This document shows positions 1-9,900 of a stretch of 41,574 bases of DNA, piece after piece (the first letter of the stretch is position 1; each line of letters opens with the position of its first letter). The notes beneath the pieces were generated by a model. That model worked only from the letters and a program-made list of their open reading frames with translations. It was not told where the DNA came from and did not search any database. The translations under genes and the position numbers were made by a program. The stretch is from a virus. Taxonomy: Duplodnaviria > Caudoviricetes. The DNA lies in IMG/VR virus record IMGVR_UViG_3300025697_000048, positions 1-41,574 of that record, one strand, 5' to 3'.

Positions 1-19
1 AAAAGGTGAAGGTTAAAAA

Positions 20-175
20 ATGGCGATAGGTACGCTCGATACATATCTGATCGACGGCGAACAGAAGTTCGACGAAGCCGCCAAGGCCGAACGGTGGTAT
101 CTGACGTTCGCGATACCGCGGGTCGACCGGCCGGAGGCTAATTTCGGGGCCATCCTGGCGGACCTACTGACATAA
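20..175 (+). CDS. Small hypothetical protein (51 aa, MAIGTLDTYLIDGEQK...)
   Basis: ATG at 20 after AAGGT; its TAA overlaps the ATG of the next gene (TAATG coupling); not in the ORF track. Confidence 0.55.
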   Translation: MAIGTLDTYLIDGEQKFDEAAKAERWYLTFAIPRVDRPEANFGAILADLLT

Positions 176-1026
176 TGGAAGAACCACTGAAAAGAATGGC
201 CGAGACCATGAAGTCGCTCGAGGGCGAAGTGGATAAGCTTCGCCAACAAGTGAACGGCCAGGACTCCGGACTACTCGAACGGGTAAAAATCATCGAAGAT
301 CAGGAAGGGGCCGATCCGACGAGTCTCGCGGGGACCGGCGAGGCATACGAAACGCCGACCATCATCACGGATTTTATCGACGAAGAAGAGCCGGTCGAAG
401 AACTGCTGCCAGACGAAATGGAGTTTGGTAAACCGACGGCCAATGTGACTACTGATGTCGCAACCGTGACGATGCAGCCGTGCGACTCGGCGGGTGCGAG
501 CTTCGCCAGTGCTCCGACCGCGACGGCCTACGTTGCCAACGATCGCCAGACGCAGGCGACTGCAGCAAGGGGCTGGACCACGAGCACAGTGTTATCGTTT
601 ATCCGTTTCACGCCCTGGGTCGCCGGTACGCCGAACATCGAGGGCGTTCTGATTGGCGAAAGTCCTGGCAACATGCCTTCCAGGGGAATCATCATGTACG
701 ATGGGGTGATAGCCGATATCCCGACCGGCTGGACGCTGTGCGATGGTGGAAATGACGGCAACGGGGTCGCAACGCCCGACATGAGCGGCATGTTCGTCGT
801 CGGCTACGATACGAGCGATACTGACTACGACACGATAGGCAACACCGGCGGATACAAGCTGCACGGCCCGACAGAGAACGAACACGCGAAATTCAGGACC
901 TACCCGGCAACCACCGGCGACAATAATTGGGCCTACTGGGCTAACGATCAAGTGACCCCCTTCGACCCCGTCGACACTGACAACCGGCCACTCTACTACA
1001 CCCTGGCGTTCATACGGAAAGACTGA
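175..1026 (+). CDS. Tail fibre-associated protein with C-terminal phage tail-collar-like domain
   Basis: GIIMYDG..ADIPTGWTLCDG..TPDMSGMFVVG and terminal DNRPLYYTLAFIRK match the tail collar/short fibre pattern; N-terminal coiled coil. Confidence 0.75.
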   Translation: MEEPLKRMAETMKSLEGEVDKLRQQVNGQDSGLLERVKIIEDQEGADPTSLAGTGEAYETPTIITDFIDEEEPVEELLPDEMEFGKPTANVTTDVATVTMQPCDSAGASFASAPTATAYVANDRQTQATAARGWTTSTVLSFIRFTPWVAGTPNIEGVLIGESPGNMPSRGIIMYDGVIADIPTGWTLCDGGNDGNGVATPDMSGMFVVGYDTSDTDYDTIGNTGGYKLHGPTENEHAKFRTYPATTGDNNWAYWANDQVTPFDPVDTDNRPLYYTLAFIRKD

Positions 1027-1679
1027 TGATACCGAAGATCATACATTTTATCTGGCTCGGACCGATGCTGGACTGGGTGACCGATAACATCAGGCGGTTC
1101 GAGACATTGAACCCCGAACATAAGATCAGCCTCCACCGGGACGCGGGCGAACTAATGGGGGACTACAAGGAAGCGTACGGGCATTGCGTGAACATCTCCG
1201 CGCAAAGCGATCTGCTGAGGCTGTCGGTTCTGGAACGGCACGGCGGATGGTACTTCGACACCGACACGTTCGCCCTTCGACCGGTGGCCGACATCGAGCG
1301 AGCCTACGACATCGGCGACCGTCTGTTCGCACCGGCGTGCGGAGGCACCGCGGATATCGACGTTCCAATTATCGCAACTTCCAAAACGTGCGTGATATGG
1401 CCGTTCGTTCACGAGTTCATCGCGAACGCCGAACTGCCGCAGAAAGATTTCTGGTACTTCGCCAATACCATGATGACACGGATCAACCGCGAACATCCGG
1501 GCGTTATCGAACTCGGCAGGCCCGACGATTTCCACATAAGAGGCGAACCCAACATCCACACCTATCTCAGGCTGACGGCTGGCGAGACCGTGCGGACGAA
1601 AGCGTTTTGCGTCCACGGATTCGTGGGAGCGGGAACGTCGAACAAACCGTGGCCGATAATTAAAAAAGACGATAGATAA
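1026..1679 (+). CDS. Glycosyltransferase, DXD sugar-binding family (GT32/Och1-like)
   Basis: MIPKIIHFIWLG start and SDLLRL..L..HGGWYFDTD with a DxD motif. Confidence 0.85.
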   Translation: MIPKIIHFIWLGPMLDWVTDNIRRFETLNPEHKISLHRDAGELMGDYKEAYGHCVNISAQSDLLRLSVLERHGGWYFDTDTFALRPVADIERAYDIGDRLFAPACGGTADIDVPIIATSKTCVIWPFVHEFIANAELPQKDFWYFANTMMTRINREHPGVIELGRPDDFHIRGEPNIHTYLRLTAGETVRTKAFCVHGFVGAGTSNKPWPIIKKDDR

Positions 1680-1691
1680 AAAGGCGAACCG

Positions 1692-3968
1692 ATGGCTAAA
1701 AAGAAACCGAAATCAAAAATACTGCCCGGACGGAAGCCAAACTACGTCAAGGCGGTCGAGGACAACGCGTCCGGACTCTATAAGCCCAAAGTAGCGACCG
1801 GGACGATAGGCGTCACGCCCAGGGGCGGGACGCCGATCAGAGTATCAGCGGCCGACGCGAAGGCCAGACGAACGTACAAACCCGGCGAGGCCGAATCGGC
1901 TAACGCGGACCTGAAGGCCGAGACCACCAAACGACTCAAGGCGGTCGAATCAATATCGGACGGCAAAACGCTGCGGAAATCAAAGAACCCGCTGGCAAGG
2001 CTGGTCGGGCAAGTACCCCGGGCACTGAAAGCGGCCGGCGGGGCGATCGAAGATGTTACAGCCAGAGACACGCCGATCGCGAAACGGGCGGCGAGCAAAA
2101 CGCGAGACAGGCTGGGGTCGACCAGGTACGGAAACGCCATACGCGAAATGAAGGCGTCGGCGGCGCTTGAAAAACGGCCGGGAAGAGTGGATACCGGAAT
2201 GAGCATCGACGGGGTGAACGTAAGCATCCCGGATACCTGGGATATGGATCTCTATCGAGAAGTGGCCCACGATCTGCGAATGAGCGGGTCGGGCGGCGCG
2301 ACCGGCGGGGCAATGAGCCTCCGGGAAGCGCACGACGCGGCGGCCAAAATATTCAGGAAGCAGCACGGAGACGAACGCAACTGGGACAAACAGGGCAAAA
2401 CACGCGATAAGTACGGCAACCCGATCACCGTCGACTATGCGATTCAGAGTAAGAAAAGCGCGATCGCCCGCGAGACCGCCAGGCTGACGGGAAAGTCCGT
2501 GTGGGTACCCGGCATAGGCGACAGCATAGGAGGGTACGCGCTGCCCGACGAGGCGGGTAGAGAACTGCGGGAACTGCTGGACTCGATAGAGGACGCCAAG
2601 GGCGGGAAGTCAGTAAAAAAGAATTTGACGGCGGTCGAGAAAGTGCTCGCCTACGACGTGCGAGGAATACACTTCCCCGATAAGGACGATCCGCCCGGAA
2701 AAGAGAGCGAACTGACGCTGACGAAACTCGGCGGCATGAGAAAGGCTCTTGAGAAAGGAATAATAACGATCGACGAATACGCGGAACAGGCCAAGCCGCT
2801 ATTCGACCAACTAGCCAAAAATGCGGGACGTAAGGCGAAAGCCAAACGAGAGGAAAAGGCGAAGGTCGATACAGCGGCCGCCACGATCGAGGATCGGAAA
2901 CAAGCAAAGATTCGACAGGACGCCGAAACCGACGAAGCGAAGATGATGCACGAGCGGGCCGTCGACGATGTCGCGGTGGCCAAGGCTCGCATAAAGGAAC
3001 TGAGAGAATCGATTCTCGATCTCAAGGAGTGGGTTGACTACGAGAATCCAGAGACCCCCAAGCAGCTTGAAATCGCCGGCGAAATGGCGAGACAGAAGAA
3101 AGAACTCGCCGGACTCCGAGACGGGATGGACGAAATGAACGAGGCTGTAAAATCGACCCGCGATACGTGGGACGATGAACGGAAGACCGGCCGGCAGTAT
3201 CTCAGGCCGGCGGCCGAACCGAACGAACTGGGCGGCGGCGACCTGCACCTCCGACTCGGCGGCGGGATGGGCGGGGCGCCGACGACGGATGTTAATAAGA
3301 TGGACCCGACCGCATCAGCGATCGCGCCTGGAGCGGAACTGCCGGAACCGACCGCCACCCTGGAACCCGATACAGTGCTCCAGGGGATCGTACCGAACAT
3401 CGATTGGACGAAAAAGGGGTACGACGGGCGAGATGGGATAGCGGATGGCGCCGCCAGAGTGGTCCAGACCGGGCCAATGAAAACGACGCTCGAAGTTACC
3501 GGACCTGAAGGAGAAACCAAACGGTTCACGATCGATACCCCCGACGTCGATAATTATTACGCGCCAATAGGATCGGACGCGACCAGGAGGGATATCAGCA
3601 AACCGACAGTTGGGATGAGACTCCAATCGAACGAACCGAACGGAGAAGTGTACTCGGTGTCCGAGGTTTCCGAGGACGGTCAACAGGTTACGCTAACGGT
3701 TCGCGAAGACGCCGACAAGGGCGCCAAGCGGTTCGACGTGGATCCGGACAAGGACGGCAGTATGCTGGACTACATGAACACGAACCGCCTCAAACGAGTA
3801 GTCCCTATCAGTGAACTGGCCGAGAAGTACTCCGTCGAAGGGGCGCCGAAGAAACCGGCGACGCCAGGTGAGAAAATGCCGCCGGAGACCGCCAGGAAGT
3901 ACGCCGACTTCTACGGCGACCGTGAGCTCGTCGAACGGGCAGCGGTAGCCGACGGGTGGAGTATCTGA
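1692..3968 (+). CDS. Probable internal virion/DNA ejection protein (758 aa, helical, coiled coil)
   Basis: Long ORF with AAGG SD, placed after tail genes and before the giant protein; function inferred from position and composition only. Confidence 0.5.
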   Translation: MAKKKPKSKILPGRKPNYVKAVEDNASGLYKPKVATGTIGVTPRGGTPIRVSAADAKARRTYKPGEAESANADLKAETTKRLKAVESISDGKTLRKSKNPLARLVGQVPRALKAAGGAIEDVTARDTPIAKRAASKTRDRLGSTRYGNAIREMKASAALEKRPGRVDTGMSIDGVNVSIPDTWDMDLYREVAHDLRMSGSGGATGGAMSLREAHDAAAKIFRKQHGDERNWDKQGKTRDKYGNPITVDYAIQSKKSAIARETARLTGKSVWVPGIGDSIGGYALPDEAGRELRELLDSIEDAKGGKSVKKNLTAVEKVLAYDVRGIHFPDKDDPPGKESELTLTKLGGMRKALEKGIITIDEYAEQAKPLFDQLAKNAGRKAKAKREEKAKVDTAAATIEDRKQAKIRQDAETDEAKMMHERAVDDVAVAKARIKELRESILDLKEWVDYENPETPKQLEIAGEMARQKKELAGLRDGMDEMNEAVKSTRDTWDDERKTGRQYLRPAAEPNELGGGDLHLRLGGGMGGAPTTDVNKMDPTASAIAPGAELPEPTATLEPDTVLQGIVPNIDWTKKGYDGRDGIADGAARVVQTGPMKTTLEVTGPEGETKRFTIDTPDVDNYYAPIGSDATRRDISKPTVGMRLQSNEPNGEVYSVSEVSEDGQQVTLTVREDADKGAKRFDVDPDKDGSMLDYMNTNRLKRVVPISELAEKYSVEGAPKKPATPGEKMPPETARKYADFYGDRELVERAAVADGWSI

Positions 3969-3969
3969 T

Positions 3970-6900
3970 ATGCCCAACGTGTTCGATGAAATCTACGCCG
4001 AGGACCAAGTAGCGGAAATCAAACCGCCGAGGCCGACCGAGCCGACCGAAACAAACGTGTTCGACGAAGTCTACGGCGCCAAGACAGCGACCGAACCACA
4101 ACCGACCGGACCGTCGACCGGGCCAAACGTGTTCGACGCAATCTACGATCCGTTCGAAGGGGTCGGACTGGATCCGACCGAAGCGAGGAGAAGACTCAAA
4201 ACGCACGGACAAATCACAGCGTCAGTCGACGCGGGCAATGACCTGTCACCAACACAACAGGAAGCAGCCGTCGGACTGTCGGACAGGATGAAAGCCGATA
4301 TCGCGGCCAGGCTCTACGAAAAGGAACGATTCTCAGCGGGGGCGACGATAGGCGACTACACCCAAAACGCTCAGACGTACTCGCTCGCGGCGGGCGATTC
4401 GGAGATCGGCCGGGAACTCGAGAGGCATCGAATAAGCAAGGGCGGGTCGAGTGTTATCGGGGCGTTGACCAACAAGGCCAGAAAGGCCGCGTTCGGCGTC
4501 ATGGAGAAGCATACGCCCCAGGTGATGATGAAGGCGATCGCGGACATCGACGAGCGGCGCCAAGGGCCAAAGGTGCTGACCGACGAGGGGTACGCGATGC
4601 GGTTCGCCATGGCGCATCAGCACTTCCTCAAACAAAAACCGCTTTGGGATATGGCCGCGAAGATCGTCAAGCATCCTGAGGGTGCGTCGAAGGGACTGCT
4701 GGAAGCTGAGGATGCAATATGGGACATGTCGGAAAAGGACGCTGCGGTGTTGCTGTCGTTTGTCTATGAACATTCGGTAGAAAACGCAGAGGAGACAACA
4801 ACGCTTGGCGGGGTCGCAACCCATATAGACCGAGGGTCCGACCAGTTTTGGCAGTTCATCGTCAATATGGCCACTCTCCTGGGCGGCGACGAACACAGCA
4901 ACGACATACAACTGCGATTAAACCGAATCAAGGGCGCTATGCTTGCGGGCGATCCGGTCGCCGGTCGGAATATACTCGAAGAAGGGCTGTTCGGAGCGGC
5001 CGAGATGGTGGTTCCGCTGCTGGCTACAGCAGCTGTTGGCGGTGTCGCTGGCAAGATTGGCGGTAAGGTCGCCGGCAAGATCGCAGGTACGGCGGTGTGG
5101 GTACCGGCGGGTGCGTCTACTATTTACACGGGCATGCGCGATGCGGGGATCGGGCACGGTGAATCGAAAGTAATAGCACTTGCGGGCAGTGTCCCGTATG
5201 CGATGATCGAAATGTTGAAGGCTCGTCAGCTAATACCAAAGAAGTTCCTGGGCAAGGCTCTCCGTAAAGGCGCCAAGGAAGTAGTAAAAAAGACGTTCCG
5301 AAAGGCGGTGACGTCCAGGCTGCTGAAGGCCGGGGCGGTGTATTCAGCCGAATGGATGGAGGAAGTACTACAGTCGGGCGTGACGCTCAGTTCAATAGCG
5401 CTGGGCGCCTATCTGGACGAAAACGCGCCCGGAGTCGACTACAAAAAACAACTCAAAGAGATAAAAAAAGAACTGATCGCCGCGGCCAAGTCGCTGCCCT
5501 GGCTCATGGGCGGCGGGCAGATGGCCGCGGGAGTATCCGACGTTCAGGCTACCAAAACGCGCAAGGCTTTAAACGCCAAGATATCGCGGGCCAGGGCGAT
5601 GGGTAAATATTTTCGCGAAACGGCGAAAAGTATACGAGAAGCCGCCGAGGAACGGAGGACGCCCACAAAGACCACGGAGGTGGCTGGGGAGACCGCTGTT
5701 AAGCCGACGGAGGGCACGACGCCCACTGAGGCGGCTGGGGAGATAGAGGCCGCTGAAGACGCGGAGAGCGACGGCGAACTGCCGGAGAATGTTCTCCACG
5801 AAGATCTGCTCGAAGATGGGTGGGTCCAGGCAACGACGGGCACAGCGACCGAAAAGACGCCGACGGAGGTCGCCGAAACCGTCCGAAGTAACGGCGAACT
5901 GGTCGAGAATGTTGCGGGAAGGTCTTATTACAAGGTGGTTTCCGACGATGATACAGAGGTTCGGGCATACGAAAATGGCGATGTTCTTCTGATGTATCCA
6001 GACGGCAGTAAAGGGTTTGGACGTGGCGGCGAGGGCGATTGGTATCGGCAGGAACCCGCCGATCCGGCCGTTAAAGACGCGATCGGGATGGCGAAAGCGG
6101 CGGTCAAGAGAGGCGATTCGACCGGAAAGATCAAAAAACTCGCCGAAACACTACGCGAAAGCGACGGAGACGAGGCCGCCGATGCGTTCCTGGGCGAGGC
6201 GGGAGAGCATACAGGACCGGATTCTCCCAGCGCCCAACGAAAACTCGGCGCCAAAAAGACCAAAGTGCAGGCCAAAAAGACCAAAGTGCAGGAAATAACT
6301 GCAAAATCGCCTGTGGCCGACATGGCGATCGAAGATCTGTTCGCCGAGGCTGAATCGCTGAAGATCGACCGGGGAAATCTGAACCATGCCGAACTGGTCG
6401 ACGCGGTCGAGCGGGCCAGGAAGGGGCAGGCCGAAGATCAGGCCAAGACCGACGAACTGAAGGAATGGACACGGACCGCCCTACAACCAAAGGGCGGGGC
6501 CACGGCAGCCGAACCGGAAAGCGAACCGAAACCCGGCAAGGTCTCAGCGAAACCCCCCAAGGTTTCAGCCAAACCCGGTAAGGTCTCAGCGAAACCCCCC
6601 AAGGCTACCGGCGATCTTGCGGAAATGAGCTACAACGAGCTGCGGACGCTGGCCAGATCGCTGAGGGTTAGCGCCGCGGGGTCCAAGGAAGCGGTCGCCG
6701 ACCGGATCCGGCAGAAACAAAAAGACGACGCGAAAAAGAAACCGACGGCGCCGGCGGCGAAAGAACCGAGCAAACATCCGATGCGAGATAAGTTCGAGGT
6801 TATCGCCCAGAAACAGGTAGGCGGTTCGGCGGCGGCCGACGTGATGAGGATTTGGGATTCAGTGGCCGCCGAATGGGCGAGACGGACCGGCGGGAAGGCC

Positions 6901-9900
6901 GAGGATTTTTGGGGCCAGGTGCTCGCCGACGTCCGCGAAGGCGGAGACGTCACCAAACCGCCAGGGCTGGATCAATCTGGACTGTTCGACCAGGGCGAGA
7001 CCGATCTGTTCGGCAGGCCGATCGTCCGACCCATGGGCGGCAAACAGGAAACGCTCATAGGGACCGGCGAAATGACCGAACGGGGGGTCGGAGAAGTAGA
7101 GATCACCGACGAACTCGAAGCCGAGGCGGTCAGGATCGTTACGGCGTCCGGGTTCAAGATCAAAACGGCGAAAGAACTGCTGGGGGCGCTGAGAGCGAAA
7201 CACAAGGCCGCAACCGATGCGATGTTCAATAAACCGACCGACCCGCTGCCAGAGGCCGGCGAGGCGCTGATCAGGGCGATCAAGGGCGGTACGCTGTTCC
7301 AGGGCGAACGAGGCGGGGTGCAGTTCATACGCGACGGGAAAGCGATCCTGAGCCTGTTCGAAAACGCCGACGTGTCTACGTTCCTGCACGAACTGATCCA
7401 CATCGTGCGACGCATACCAAACTTCTTCAGCGATGCGGAAATAGCGATACTCGAAAAGTCCGCGGGCGTCGCCGGCGGGAAGTGGAACGTACCGGCCGAA
7501 GAGAAACTGGCAAAGGCCTGGGAAAAGTTCTTCATGACCGGCAAGGCGCCGACCGATATGCCAGGTCTGAAAAAAGTGTTCAAGAGACTCAAAGCACTAC
7601 TGAGGAGACTCTACCAGGCGATCAAACATACAGGCAAAGTAACGCCCGAACTTCGAGCGGTGTTCGATCGGATACTCGGGTCGAACGTAACGCTCGAAAC
7701 GGCCGCCGAAATGAAACGACGGCAAGTCGACGATCGAGCAGCGGCCAGGCAAGTCAAGATGCTCGAAGAGGCTATGAGGCTTCAGTACAACGAATATTAC
7801 GGGCCGATCGAACTGGAACGGGAAGCGGCCGAAGGGGAAGTCGATAGCGGCGCCGAGCAGTACGGTCAAGATGCACTGCCCACCAGGTTCAAGGATAAAC
7901 TGCCGACCGAACTGAAGGAAGCGATGTCAGGGCAGTTCAATCTGATGAGGCTGGTGTCGGTCTCTAAACCGGGCGACCCGGACTACGGGCAATCGACCGG
8001 GGCCGCCGACGCGCTGGGGACACTGGGGGCCGAAGAGTTTGTACGACGACTGGCGCTGATTGGGGCGGGGGCCAAAGGCGAAATAGAACGTATGGCCGAA
8101 AGGCTCGAAGCAGCCGGGGTGTCCGGAGAGTTCAACTACGGATCGCCCGACGTGGACGTACTGAATGTGGTCCGAAAATGGCGACTGCTAAAAGATATCA
8201 AAGGCGAAGGACTCGACGAAAAACCCTACCTCGGCGATGTCGAACAGCGGGTCCGAGAAGCCTACGGGCTCGACGCTGAGGCTATGCTGAAACAGGAGGC
8301 GATCGATGAAGCCCCGAGCCAACTGAGCCAGGGGCCTGTTGAACCTTGGGAAATGACGGGTGAGGAATTCGAGAACGCTGAGGATACCGCGTTCCACGGT
8401 ACAAATCTTGATTTCGACGTGTTCGATCTCGACAAAACAAAAAAGTGGGGAAAGTTCGGCCTGTGGTTCGCCAAGGGAAAAGGCGCAAAGTCGTTTGCTG
8501 AATTGTTCGGCAAGAACATAAAAAGCGCGAAGGTCGTTTTGAATAGTCCCAAGAAAATATCGGCCGAGGTATGGGACGGCATTCGCCTGGAACACGCCAA
8601 AGATGAGGCGTGGTTTAGAAACTGGCGACGTAAACTGATCGCGGACGGATACGATGGCCTTGTCATTGAAGGCGAAACTGAAATGTTCGCCGGCTTTGAA
8701 GTTCACCGACCTATTGACGTCGCCGCTTTCAGTAACGATCAGGTGATGACGCATCGACAATTAGTGCAACGGGCTCTTTACGATGGGCAACCCGTACCCG
8801 ACCGCGTGCTTGCCGAGTATCCTGATCTGGACCGACCGGAAGTGTTGTCCCAGTCGATGCGACGACCTGTAGGACGCAAGAAAAAGGAAAAGGTTTTTAG
8901 TCAGCCGGGTAAGTCGCAACGAGCCGAGGCGGCGAAACGAAACGCCGCCCGAGAAGAAGATCTCGTCAGTGAAAAGAAAGGGGCGATCGCCGGGCGAGTA
9001 CTACGACGGATCCGAAAAGGGTTCCTGAACATCAGCGAACCGATGAAGAGAGTCGATATCTCGCTGGGGAAGGATGTGTCCGCCCGAACCATATCATGGG
9101 CCCACGAACCGGACGCCGGACTGATCGAATGGGAAAATACGCCGCTCGAAGACCTGGGCGTCGCCGGACCGGACGCCAACGAACTGGCCGGCATGAAGTA
9201 CAACGAAGTAATCGAAATGGCCAAAGGAATGCACCTCGACACGCGAGGGTCCAAGAATATAGTAGCGGCTCGGATAATCGCAGACCAGAACGAGCGAGGC
9301 AAAGCCCGAGCACTGGCCGGCGGGTCGACCATCGCCGAGTACGAAAAGGAAATCGACGAACTGCCCGAGGCGTGGCAGACCGATATCAACCTGATCAGAG
9401 GCACGCCGGCGACGCCGGAAGGGGCGGCGCTCCAGAATGAGGCGCTTGGCGAAATACCCGACTATCTCAGACCGACCGGAGAAACGCTCAAAACGATATC
9501 AGACGAGATTTGGGAAGTGGCGCACGAAATAACAGACGGCAATATAGGGTACGTCGAGGGATATTACTACGGCGCGTTTGAAGATTCGGCGGACGGTTCT
9601 CGGACGGTAAGCTCGTTTATGAACTACTACCAGACAACAAAAAGAATGACCGAAAAAAAGGTCTGGCCAACCTACGCCGACGCACTGGCGTTCGGACTGA
9701 AACTCAAGGACACTAACCCGGTGACAAACCTGCGCCGCGAAATGGCCCAGGTCCTGAGACTCAAGGCCATGATCGAGTTCCGACAGTATCTAATAACGAC
9801 CGGAGAAGGCAAGTACATCCTCAAACTCGGCGACGCGACGCCGGAGGAAATGGCGGGCAAGATCGGCGACTTCCAGGAAATCCACGATCCGGTGTTCCGA

